A DNA stretch of 59,604 nt, filler included, from Sphacelaria rigidula (Eukaryota): NCBI GenBank assembly GCA_964200075.2. It is 9 parts of 9 records of this genome, joined end to end, with 100 filler letters (N's around TTAATTAATTAA, not from the genome) between each part and the next. Parts side by side here need not be neighbours in the genome. Positions count along the whole stretch, not along the records: positions 46,439 to 52,971 come from CAXNAA020019504.1; positions 53,072 to 59,604 come from CAXNAA020019505.1; 7 more parts are not named here. One strand, written 5' to 3'. The translations under genes were made by a program, and so were the position numbers. The notes beneath the pieces were generated by a model, which saw only the letters and a list, made by a program, of their open reading frames with translations, ran no database searches and was not told the DNA's origin. Every line of letters starts with the position of its first letter. Position 1 is the stretch's first letter. This document shows positions 48,114-59,604 of this stretch, one piece after another.

Positions 48114-48963
48114 AATGGTGTATCTCCACCCTGAAAAAAAAAAAACTGAGTCGTCGTGCGCGTATGTGTGTGCACATGGCACGTACGACGAAGTATTACG
48201 ATGCTGTACCTGTGATGGATCGACCCCTTTAACACCTCCGGTCTCAGGATCGAATATCTTCACTGGAGGGGACATCAGCATCGCCTCCAGCAGGTGATTG
48301 CCCCTGAGAGACGCATTTAACGGGAAGACATAGTGAGCAATGCTACGGTAGGGGCGGAGTTTTTGCGCAAAATCTTGTCAGGTTCAGGGGCTCCAATCGA
48401 TTATAAATACAAAATAACATGGGTCACGGCGTCCCCGTTTGCAAATTCATTCGGGAAACCCAGGACACATTGGAATAGTAATCCTGGCGTAAACTCACAC
48501 ATTTCGTAAGTCGTGTTTTGGATGAGATATTCAGCTCAAATCTCGAAAGACCGTCGAGCACGCGCTCAGATTGGTCACCCCAGTCCGACACTCGGTTTTC
48601 CAAGTAAAAGTGATGCCAATTCCGCAGATAAAATAAAACACACCTGAGCGGTTAAAGGGTCGAGTTCAGAGAGATATATCGATCAACCACCGTACGGTAG
48701 GAGGGTGTTGTTGACGAGGCGATTTCTTCAGCGTTTTTTTTTTCTTCTTTTCATTTTTCACTTATTTTGAGAAAATGAAAAAAAAAATCCGATTTCACCC
48801 GAAAACGAAATCGCTGAAAAAAGTCCGGGGCTAGATTTCCAGAAAAATCTGTACGCCAGTCTTGAAACTGATACATTGCCCAACCTAATCAAGCAATCTG
48901 ACCTCACAGCTTTCGGCTAAAATACTTTATTTCCGAAAATTCAAACGTTTCGGGAGAAAAAAT

Positions 48964-49330
48964 CAGAGCTATACACGTTACACGTTCACGTTCACGTTAC
49001 GTTCATCACGAAAAAAAATATAACGTTCACATTACGTGACGTGTGTCACGTGAAAAAATATAACGTCACGTTAACGTTAGATTTGAAAATTCAACGTTAC
49101 GTTCATCCCGTAAAAAAAGTTGACGTGAACGTAACGTGAACGTAACGTGAACGTAACGGGTAACGCTATGGCACGTGGAACGTGTGTAGTCCTGACTATA
49201 CATGTACACGTTCACGTTTACGTTACGTTCATCACGTAAAAAAAATAATAACGTTCACGTTACGTTTCGGCCAAAACGTAACGTGAATGCCATGTGTAAC
49301 GCTATCGCACGTGTAACGTGAATAGCCCTG
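48964..49330. mobile_element. hAT-type MITE (dimeric or nested) packed with ACGT motifs
   Basis: CAGAGCTAT...ATAGCCCTG; 8-bp TSD GAAAAAAT/AAAAAAAT; extra internal right end at 49194. Confidence 0.8.
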
Positions 49331-49362
49331 AAAAAAATGGATTCCTGAAATAATATTCCTGA

Positions 49363-49495
49363 GGGCGTGTCTTCGCACATCATGGCCTATCAGATAAGTA
49401 CTAACGTCAACGGTTAAAATTTCGACTGATCAGATCGGGATTTCTGTTTTCCGCCGCACAATTTCGATCGGAAACTAGTGTGTTCAGACACGTCC
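49363..49495. mobile_element. Small PIF/Harbinger-type MITE
   Basis: TGA|GGGCGTGTCT...AGACACGTCC|TAA. Confidence 0.6.
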
Positions 49496-49498
49496 TAA

Positions 49499-49969
49499 GG
49501 CTACTTCTCATGTATAAAAAAATAAAACTTGTTGAAAAGTGCATTTTTGACCCTTCTCCGTCGTTTTTCCCCCGAAAAGAGAGCTAGGCGGCTGTTGACA
49601 CCTTGGAATGACTTGCCTTACTCGCTGAGACGGTTCCAGAGCACATATGCGTTTCCCGTAGGTCACGGATTCGTTTTTGGCCAAACTTGCATCATCATTA
49701 ACAAACGGTCAAGTTACCGAAAAAATGTCAGTTTTCCCCCTGTTTGTAGATAGCTTGACCGTTTATTATTGAAAATGCAAGTTTGGTCAAAAACGGAACC
49801 GTGACCTACGGGAAACGCATGTGTGCTCTGGAACCGTCTCAGCGAGTAGAGCAAGTCATCCCAAGGTGTCAACAGCAGCTTAGCCCTCTTTTCGGGTGGA
49901 AAAATGACGGAGAAGGGCCAAAAATGCACTTTACAACAAGTTTTAGTTTTTGATACATGAGAAGTAGCC
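49499..49969. mobile_element. Foldback PIF/Harbinger-type MITE with ~218-bp arms
   Basis: TAA|GGCTACTTCTCATGTAT...ATACATGAGAAGTAGCC|TAA. Confidence 0.92.
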
Positions 49970-50784
49970 TAAGGCCGCTTCTTATAGACTGAAAAAAGTC
50001 GCTGAAAAAGGCTTGGACTGACGACTTTTCTCAGCGACTTTTTTTCAGATATTTCAGTTTTCAAAATCCCACCTTATAATCTGTGAAAAAAAAATGGGGG
50101 TTTGTACATCCAAGGTCATCATTTAGCTTTCGTGCAGATGGTGCTAGTGGCAATCATTTGCATTTTGTGTCTGTGCCACCTGTGGTAAACTAGCACGAAA
50201 TCTCGTCCAGGTACAGAATAGATGGGATGGCAACACCACACACACAGCACCCACACACACGCAGTAGCTACTGGTATAAATAGGGGTCGAAACGACAGGC
50301 GTATCAACCCTTACGTCAGCCAACCTCCGCTTGGTACAGACAGTAAATGGTGTTGCAACAACTGGGCGGTGCAGTGCGCAGCAGAACGGTTTTTGTCATA
50401 TCGCACACAAGAAACTCACGTGACAGTCAGCAGTGCGGTGCTATAGCAATCGTCTCGGTACACAGAATACTACAGAGTCCACCATCAGCGGCGGGCACGT
50501 CGAGTGTAAGTCGACACGACCAGTCAATACAGCCACGAGGAGCGATACCGTGCTATTTTATAGCGGTAACGCCGCCGGTGAAAAAGCACTGCACTGACTG
50601 TCCCTGGTCCTACGGTCATGATAGGGGATGCATGGAGTGCTGCAGCAGCTATGCTGCTGCTGCGGTACTGTACTGTCGTTACATACAGTAGTACATACAA
50701 GATGCATTGTGAATTTTGCACTCACTGTACTACATTGTATGCGAGGAGTGCGTGATGGAGCAATGACGCTACTACACGTGTATG

Positions 50785-51166
50785 TGAGGAGTGTGCTATG
50801 TTGTCCCATTTATTCTGGCCGTCGATCTAGACATTTTCGGTATATGTGGGCGCACCAGCCGGGGTCACACAGGAGGAAGGCCAACACAGGAGGAAGGCCA
50901 ACACAGGAGTTTGTTCGAGTTCGTGTTTGTTTTCGTTCTCCATCTCCCTTCTGCGGTGCTTGCCTTTGTTTTCTATCGCGAAAGGGGTGTAGCAGTCCCT
51001 TTCCCTCCTCTACCATTATTTCGAATTTTGTGTATCCACGACATAGTCGCTCTCGACTGTTGGGCATCGTGTGAGGAAAAATCCCAGATCGCTCCGAGAT
51101 TCGAACCCACGACTCAACCGTGAAAAGGTACCGAGGTTACCAAACTGAGCCACCGCGGCGACTGAC
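50785..51166 (-). mobile_element. Full-length tRNA-derived SINE family 1
   Basis: A/B-box head (GGTGGCTCAGTTTGG, GGTTCGAATC), body shared with 2120-2390, 3' end AATAAATGGGACAACA. Another 3' end with a CA-rich tail lies at 50216-50262 (+). Confidence 0.85.
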
Positions 51167-52387
51167 TACGGTATACAGTGTGTTATGGAGCACTCATTGT
51201 ACCATTGCGGGTGTGCGGTGTGCGAGGAGTGTTTGATGAAGCGTCATTTACCAGAGAGTTTGATATCACTAAAAACTGGCCGCTATTCTCGGCCAGATTT
51301 GGCAAAATCTCGCGGGCTGAAAACCTCTCACAGTTTCTAGAGAGCCTTTTCATCGAAAAATGGCCCTATTAGGTGGCCTTCTGAAAAACGTCTCTGGAAA
51401 ACTGACCGAAACGACTTTTTTCAGTGCGACTCTTTTCAGACTAGAAGAAGCGTCCTATGCCGACAAAAGCGCGTGCGCGCCCTGCAGTGAGGAAGTACAA
51501 ACAGAGCGGAAGCACGCTCTTCGAAAGCCTTTCAAAAGAGTCCCGGTGTAGCAAGCGCACTTCGCGTATACAGATATATGTAGAGCTCAAAATGGTCGGA
51601 GCCCATTCAGTACACCCACCGGGCCCGCAACTGACCAAGACCGATGCCACGCAAATGGCGTCTGCCATAATCCATCGAGCTTGACTTACGGGCCAGAGTG
51701 GCCGAGGGCACGTTGCCGTGACGCGTGAAGAACACCACAATCGATGATCAGCACCGAGCCAGTAGTACACTCAAGCCATGCATGCACAAAGCATATCAAG
51801 CCACCGCTATTGGGCACGCTGATGTATATATAAAGGGCATCGCATCGCGTGTGCGCGCAAACTAGAAGTAGCTCGTGGTGATTATCGGTCATGACACGCA
51901 GCCCCTGGCAGTGCGAGAGTCCTCGCGAAGAAACACTATAATAGGTTGAATGAATCCTACTCCCCTAATGTAATACTTTTTAGGGATAAATTCCTAGCGC
52001 GCTCTTTGTCCAATTGGCGTCTATCCATGCATGTACACCACTAGACAATTATCCAGTAGCGACGACGTGACCCCCCTAGTGAAGAAACACGTTCTTGTTT
52101 TCTGTTTTTAACCATTGTCACGGCACTCAAAATATATGACGTCTGAGCATATATAGTACCTTGATGATACTCTCCATGTGCTCAAAAAATCATGCCCCCC
52201 CCCTCCCCACCACGTGTCCTCCTACCCCAGCACCTCGTTTCACCGCCTACCCTCACTGTCCGCCCTACACCATCATTCTCGGAACAATTTTCATCAGCGC
52301 TCTCGTTCATAGGGTTACTCTTTTCCTGCAAAAACCATAACCCCCAAGAGCAAGAAAACGAACGAGCAGCAGCTGCAAAAAAATTAC

Positions 52388-52673
52388 CTTAACTTGGTCT
52401 CCTCCTCCGTCTCGTGCATCCCGCCGCCCGCCACCGACCCAAACGACGCGGTGACCCGCTTACCCTTGGCGCCCCCTTCCTGCCCACCAACACCCACCCC
52501 GCTCTTCCTGGCGGCCTTCGGGCTGAGAGGCGCAGAGGGGGTCTCCCCGGGCCCCCCCCCCCCCGCCGACCCGCCTTGGCTGCTCGTTTTGGCCCAGTAC
52601 AAGAATTGCTCCATCCAGTTCCAGCCCATCTCGTCTCCGGTCACCCTCATCTTTTCCTGGACCGCCAGCGCGG
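52388..52673 (-). CDS. Probable internal exon of an unknown host gene
   Basis: Open, GC3-rich frame ALAVQEKMRVTGDEMGWNWMEQFLYWAK...ETKL, with acceptor aaag| and donor AG|gtaatt. Confidence 0.5.
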
Positions 52674-52799
52674 CTTTCGGTTCGGTGGAAGCGATGTTAT
52701 TGTTGTTGTTGCCAATGTTTTCCCGGAACCAGGGCGTCGGAAACACACGTGAGTGCAACGAACAAAGGTAGGTAAGTCAAAGGGGGATAAGCGCGCGGG

Positions 52800-52884
52800 G
52801 GGAGGGGGAGGGGGGGAGGATACTCATTCGTTGCTTGCCTTGAAGAGTCATTTGACCATTTACCACGCACCCCTTTCGAGACGC
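52800..52884 (-). mobile_element. Poly(C)-tailed retroposon copy with ~22-bp TSD
   Basis: Flanked by TCAAAGGGGGATAAGCGCGCGGG (52777-52799) and TCAAAGGGGGACGAGGCGCGGG (52892-52913). Confidence 0.75.
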
Positions 52885-53100
52885 TTGTTGTTCAAAGGGG
52901 GACGAGGCGCGGGTTAGGAGAGAGAGAGGGGGGGGGGGTGGGTTCACCACAACGTTGCCGGCCATGGTCACNNNNNNNNNNNNNNNNNNNNNNNNNNNNN
53001 NNNNNNNNNNNNNNNTTAATTAATTAANNNNNNNNNNNNNNNNNNNNNNNNNNNNNNNNNNNNNNNNNNNNTTTTTTTTTGTTCTCTTTGTGTGTGTGGG

Positions 53101-53119
53101 CCCCCCCCCCCCCCCCCGT

Positions 53120-53160
<41 letters not shown>

Positions 53161-53167
53161 GGGGGGG
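53101..53167. repeat. C-run followed by long G-run; other long C-runs at 26399-26423 and 59546-59604
   Basis: Homopolymers at or near contig ends. Confidence 0.9.
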
Positions 53168-53538
53168 ACCTATGGAGTATCACCGGAGGTGTTGACCCGT
53201 TGTGTATGCGTCCGTTTGTCCGGTGTTTTTTCTTCTTTTTTTGTTTTGGTTGTTGCATGCTTGTAAGACCGCCCCGTTTCTTCCCGCGGTAGCTCTCGCA
53301 CTCTGTCCAGCCAGCGCTGCGCTCCACACCTCGGAAAACAGGTTGGTCAAGTGAAGTGTGTGGTGCGCGGTTGCTGTTGGGTGTGTGTGTCGAGGGGTGT
53401 GGATTCTCGCTCCCCGAGTTTTCCAAAACGAATGCTATTTCAATCCTTAGTTTCATTATCTCGGAATGAATTAGAGGTAGTTGGTGATCGAGGGCTTGGC
53501 GCATTCAACGTGTCCCCCCCTTCCCCCGTGCTTCGACA

Positions 53539-53626
53539 GTGCTCCGTCTCGAAAGGAATGCGTGGTCAATGGTCGAACGACTAAGGCAAGCAACAAATTA
53601 GTACGCCCCCCCCTTCCCCCACCCCC
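53539..53626 (+). mobile_element. Poly(C)-tailed retroposon copy
   Basis: GTGCTCCGTCTCGAAAGGAATGCGTGGTCAATGGTCGAACGACTAAGGCAAGCAACAAATTAGTACG(C)n; CCCCCCTTCCCCC on both sides. Confidence 0.75.
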
Positions 53627-56600
53627 ATACGCGGTCTTTTGTTGCGATGATTTACGTGTTCTTTCGGGGGGGTGGGGGCGGTGGGGAGGGAGGGGGTCCA
53701 ATGGACACATACTTGAACACACGAATTTGTCGAGACTTGTATCACGAGCTTGTTGATTGGCCTCACTTTCTTCTGTCGCAAGTGCTCCGCGGGGGGTTCC
53801 TGCGTGTATCTGCATGTTTGCGCGTGTCGGTGTCTCTTGGAAGTGTGCCTCTCCTGTCCCAACTCACTCCGGCAGTCGGTTTCACGTTCACGTCGCTGTG
53901 CCGGTGAGTGAAACACACGCAGGCACACACAGCAGTTGTTTTAAGCTTTACTCTCTTTGAGTGCAATTCCTCATCCCCTCTTCCCCCCCCCCCCCACTAC
54001 TTGGGGGTGACGGGAAGGTAGGTACAAGAGTAGTAACGCGAACCAGGATCATGATCCAAACCACTGTCTTGTGTGGGAGGGCGTTGACGAAACTACAGTG
54101 CTGTTTGAGTTTCGTGAGAAGCCTATGGTCCATGCATGTGATAGCTGGATTGTTGAAGTTTGGAATGTCGTGGAACATAGAGGCAACCCCGTCCCCCCCC
54201 ACTCCTGCCCCTCTTCCCTTGCCGTCAATCAACGAACGACCCAGAGAGTGTGTCACACTCGCGGGTGCATCAGAGCGGAGGTTTAGTCGAAAGCGAATGT
54301 TTGTATCGGTAAAATATTCACAGACAGCGATAGTGTTTTCCTGGAGGTGTTCGAGCACTGATCGTTGGGATAGACCGGCCCCAAAGCGCGCCCAAGTTGA
54401 TTTATAGGTATATGTGATGCACGTGACCGATCGAATCGTGGTGAATCGAAGAGGGGAAGATACACACCAGATGAGACAGGTGGGCGCTCCGCCCTTGCGG
54501 CTGGTGTAGAGCGACAGTGGTTGGGCGGAGTTGAAAGCATGTGGTGAGATGCACAGCCTTCCGACATGTTTACTGTTTCTATTTTTGGTGATGTTAAGCG
54601 TGCAAGATTGTGGCAATAGTTTAGTTGATTGTTTAGACTGCGAGGTGCTTTCGTACCTTTTTTGGTGCGAGTCAGCCAGTCAGCAGTCAGGGCCGCGTTT
54701 ACTGCTTTGCAGCAGTGTACTGGGTGTTGGTTTTTGCCAAGTCAGTCGGTCAGTCAGTCTGTCAGGTGGTCATTTGCGTCCGCGTATATTATAACGAGGT
54801 TGAGTCGTTTTGGCCAGGCCAGTCACAGAGAACGCAGAGCCCGTATCGCGGACGTTGACCTGCGTTACGATTCGGGAGTTCCCAAGAGAGCTGGCTTGTT
54901 GATGGCTGTGGTGGCTGTGATGACTTTCGCCTCTCGATATGTACGAACAAATTCTATTGCATATTGATGATCGGGGAAGTGGCGAAATGGGTAGCGGGGG
55001 GAGAGGGGGAAGAGAGGCCAGGATGCCGGATAGAGTGCCAGTGCGCCGGCTTTTTTACTTTGCTTCCTGACGTCTGTTTCGTTTGCCGTCGTGCGATGAA
55101 GAAAAAAATCGCTCGGTGGCTCAACTTGCTTGTTGGCTTGCCCGTATGTGTCTTGCTGTAGCTGTACGCCTTTTGTTTTTGTTTGTTTGTTGGGTCGATT
55201 TTTCATTTCATACTACTACTTCTCCCTCTCTCTAGTTTTTGTTTTTTTTCTTCACGTTTTGAGTTATTTTTGGCTGCGTAGGCGTCTGCGTGTGTTTCGT
55301 TGCGTCGTTTCATAACACTAGCACCTAAAATTACATCAAAACACGTTTTTTTTTTCTTTCATTTGTGTTGTCCCGAAATAAGAAACAAGAGACGTGCCCT
55401 TCATTCTTCACCGGCTGGCTGTCTCGTGGTCGAGTCACATCTCGCGTATAAAAGCACCCAGTGGGAAGTCGGGTAGAACGGGGCAAACGAAAGAAGGCCG
55501 CGCTGGTGCGAAAAATTGCCAACATGACGGATGTACATAGGCAACAAACCCACCCAGGGAGAGGAAGCGACGGGCGCTGGCATAGCGATCCAGATGAGGA
55601 CGGTTTGGAGGACAAGAAGAACGGCAAAGAAAATGGAAGTGAAATAGAAACACTGGCGTTCGACCTTCCTGTCCGCACTTGTCTTGAAAAGTGCGCATAT
55701 ACTTTTGTTTTCGTGAGAGCGGGGAGGGGGTGGGGGGAGTGGAATTTGGATAGGGGCGGAGGGTGGAGGGAGGGAGGCTGGAGGGATTTATGTTGCAGAC
55801 GAGAACACGAGAAGTGGTGAGCAGGCATAATGCAGTGTACAGTACAGTACCTTTATTACTAGGAAGCTCCATTTATCGACAGGAAGGGCGTAATGGGCAA
55901 TGAGTGCTGGTGGGTGGTGAGCGTTTAATTTTAAGACAATACAGCCACTGTCACTGCTATTGTGTTGAGTCCGTTCGGGAGTAACAACAAGAGGCATGAG
56001 AATAACCTGCGCAATATAGCGCGCATCTTGCAAGGGTATCTTTCCCCATTCGAAGAACATCGGAGGGTCGGCCCGCTCTCATCTTGTGGGTGTTGTAATT
56101 GTATTTTTTGAATGTTTCAATCTTTCGCCGAGATTCCTCCTGACCGAGCGTCGGTGCGGAGGAAATACATGAGGCGAAAGAGAGGGGGAAGGGCGGTGGA
56201 CATTGACAGCTTGGAGGTGACAGGGGCGATCGATGTGAGCGCACCTGCATATGCTGCCGTTTATTTTTTTTTAATATCAGGCGTCACGGTGTGTGCGTGT
56301 GGGCGGAGAGAATGGCGTCGGTTCTTGCCGTTGACGCAGCCATGTGGATCATGGCAACTCTAGTTGTTCTATGTTTCCGGACTTTAGCGAGAATTCGCCA
56401 GCTTGTTGGCTATTTGTTGCATTCTGCATAAAATTTAGTCGAAATAAAGAAGTAGGAAAATAACCGAGTCACCCGGCGAATTGGCTTTTTTCCGAGCGCC
56501 ATTTTTTTGTGAGTCTACAACTCAAGTACATGTGGGGGAGGTGAAAAGTGCGAACATTTCGTTATCGTCAGTCAGTGCGGGAAAAAAGAGACGGACTGCG

Positions 56601-57799
56601 TGTGCGATGTTATTTTTCCCGTTTCGAGCGCTGCAAACAGTGTATGTTCCCCTGTTTCAATATCCTATCCCCCGACAGACCACCAGTTGGTCCGGTCTGT
56701 ACGGCTCAGTATATCGATAACGATTCAGAGCAAATGTGGAGCAGGCTTGAAAGTGACCCATTTAGTTCTTCGTGGATACGCCGACGGTAGTGTACACGTC
56801 CGGCTCTCTCATTATTTATAGTGTCTTACGGTGTTTGTTGCTGGCTTCATGGGTGTGTGACGTGTATTTATCTCGCGATTGATCGGATGCTGTGTCCTCG
56901 TTGTGTTGCACGCGGCCCACACTTGTTTCACCTCCCGCTCTGCCTCTTGACTACAGGGTTCTTCGCAGCGATGACTCTACGCTATTTTAGACAAGGCCCC
57001 GCTTGTTTCTTAGATGCTACTCTTCACGCTTTCGAAAAGTAGACGCATACATTGCAAACCTTTTCTTTTTTTTGTTCTGTAAGTGGCAGGGAGGAGACGT
57101 TTGGCCCGAAGCGCTGATCGGGGACACAATCCAGCTACTGGACAGCACAACAGCACGACGCCAGTTATGCCGATGATGAGCTGCGAGCTTCCTACACCTC
57201 AGCCCGAAAAATCCAAGAACGAGAACGATATTAAAACACAACTCTATCTGGTCCGAGACTGATCTACCCGACTGAGGTAAGAAGGCGACTCAACTAATCG
57301 CCAACCCGACATCCAACGCCCTGTGTCATCATCGCGAATAATCGCCCAAGGGAGCACAACTGGACGATCGCGATTCGTAGGATTCGCGTATGAAGTCAAA
57401 TCGTCCCGTACAACGCATCTCCGTCGACTTCTGTACATAAATCGATACGTCGTAGTAATAAGCACAGGGAGTTAAATCAATACACACCTAGACAAAACCA
57501 CATGGACTCCACCATACCTGGTTCGTTTGTCGGTGAGATGGCCGCGGCGTCCAAGGATACCATGTTGTCTGCAGCCGCCGCGGGAACCACCCCACGGACG
57601 AAATGCAAACGAGGACCGAAGGACTGGTGGTGTTCGAGTGAGGGGGTCAACCCCGAGGTTTATGAGGCGTGAAGGAAAGAAGGGGGCGACCCGACGACAA
57701 CTGTGTCGTGTCCCAGCGGACATCACTCTTTTGAGTAAATTGAAGACAGTGGCGAAAGGGCTCACCGGTGGGAAGACAGCGCCGTGCGTGAGTTCTTGG

Positions 57800-58790
57800 A
57801 GGGGTATGCGAGGCAGCTTGAGAAGAGAAGCCGTGAAGGAGACATGGCCAACTTTCGCTAGTATATGAAGGAGCTGAACATGTGAGGATAACGGTCCTTC
57901 GCCTCGCAAAACATTAAGGTCGAGCACGGTAAGCTGCTGCGGGACCCCGCGCTTATCCTCAAACAGTGGATCAGGTGGTTAAACAGGCACCTACATACGA
58001 AGTCGCCAACCCTGAACGCACGAATGGCCGAGCAGGTCAAGGAGTGGCTCAAGTGTGTGCCGCTCGACGATATACCGTCCAGGTTCGATGCCGAGGAGCG
58101 AAACACGGAAAGACCAACAGGAAGGCAGCGAGGCCGGACGGCTTCCGGCCGAGCTCAATTATTCCTCGATGGAGACCAAGGCCTCCTCTGGCTATTTCAC
58201 GGTATTATCGTCGCTATATCGCCGACGGGAGAGGCGTCACAGCAGTGGAAGGATGGCGCATGAAGGTGCCATTCAAGGAAAAGGACGCGGCGGACTGTAG
58301 CAACTACCGGAGAATCTCCCTTGCAGCTAACGCCCGCCACGTGCTACGGAAGCTCATCGTCATACCCTTGAGCTACTACCGCGAACGCAAGGGCACCCTC
58401 CGTGAGGAGCAGCTTCGGTCCAGCCCGCTGTACTGCGAACGCGAGGGCATCCTCCCGGAGCAGCAGAGTGGCTTCCGTCCAGCCCGCTGACCAACAACAT
58501 ACATGATGTCTGTGGTTCGGGGACTCTTCGAGCTGGCGCGAAAAAATGCACCTCGCTCCACGAGCGCTCCATCAATCTCACCAAGGCATACGATTCCGTC
58601 GACCGAGATCTGTTGTGGACCGTGCCCAAGTGGTTCAGCGTGCCCAGCAAAATGCTGGCGACAATCCGCCGGTTTTTCGCGACGTCATGAGAGCACACGT
58701 GCGGGTTGACGATAGAAAGTGCTTGGACTGGCTCGACGTGGACCAGGGGCTCCGACACGGGTGTTGCCTCGCACCGCTGACGTTCAATCT
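57800..58790 (+). pseudogene. Degenerate non-LTR (RTE-like LINE) reverse transcriptase fragment
   Basis: [43 protein letters not shown] and QGLRHGCCLAPLTFN; frameshifts and a ~57-bp internal duplication at 58374-58489. Confidence 0.92.
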
Positions 58791-59544
58791 CCCGTCGCAA
58801 TACTCGTGGCGAAGTAATGTTTCCACGGTTGGCACTTGCCAAATCGAAAAGTTGACTTGAAAGAATAACAACATGCCCCACACACAGTCAACGGCCTTTT
58901 CGCCAGATCGAGTATAAAGAATTTGTGAGCTTTTCAGCCCGTTTTAACTTGAAGAGGCGATTATGATGCTGATTCTATGAACGGAATTTTCAGGCGCCGG
59001 TGCCCATTTGTGAAATTGGCATCATTCTCACTTGAAACGTTACTGCGTGACCCGGATCACCAACCCTGGCAGTCAAAGGGCTATGATTCCGAAGAGTTAA
59101 GTCTTGAAAACATGACCCGAGATCGAACAAACACAGACATGTCGTTCTTTCAAATCGCGGCGGGGAAATATCCTATACTCGCGTCCAATGTATTGGTCAG
59201 GGAAAGCCTTTTGGAATGCATTCGGCTATTTCCGACGTGATACTGGAAGGGTCTAAATATACGGCGGCGTATTGATGAGCAGAATGTTCTGTTACAGCGG
59301 ATATCGGAGCCATGCTATGATAGGGGCGGGGGGGTCTTCGATTCCACGAAAAAATGTGTTCAAATATGCGTCAAACGACCTCAAACACTCGCGGTGTGCT
59401 TGTATGTGGGTAAAAGCGATGTGAAGCAGTGTGAATGAGCGTTTTGTATCGGGAGCAACCGCGTTCGAACAACTGTTGGCTGCGCTTTCAAAGGCGATTG
59501 AAGTGGAATTTCGTGGAAGAAAACGGCCCCAAATAACCCCCCAC

Positions 59545-59576
<32 letters not shown>

Positions 59577-59604
59577 ACCCCCTCCACCCCCCCCCCCCCC
59601 CCCC

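Noticed and set aside
53101..53167. Biological C/G hairpin or G-quadruplex
   Set aside because: It lies at a contig edge where homopolymer lengths are unreliable; cannot be supported without reads.

Overview
Eukaryotic, transposon-dense DNA. The repeat types, TTAGGG repeats, long G/C homopolymers and intron style suggest a brown alga or related stramenopile (inference). The window is not contiguous. It is nine unplaced contigs of 6534 or 6533 bp, sorted by length and joined by an artificial 100-bp linker (N44-TTAATTAATTAA-N44), so nothing can be inferred across the gaps. Contents: an internally deleted Ty3/Gypsy chromovirus with both LTRs (6844-10253), two RTE-type LINE fragments, two tRNA-derived SINE families, and many MITEs (Harbinger-, hAT/P-, Sola-, piggyBac- and Ginger2-like). 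There are also fragments of 2-3 spliced host genes, one resembling DUF4470/MYND proteins. Most unusual: (i) a ~200-bp TGT...ACA MITE family with 4-5 bp TSDs that carries an internal, variable-length telomere-like (TTAGGG)n tract; (ii) a short retroposon with a conserved stem-loop and a poly(C) tail that appears to insert into C-runs, including its own tails; (iii) a triple-headed SINE sharing its 3' end with an RTE LINE in the same contig; (iv) a train of Harbinger MITEs joined by single TAA triplets. All family assignments come from terminal, TSD and motif signatures read by eye, not from database searches.
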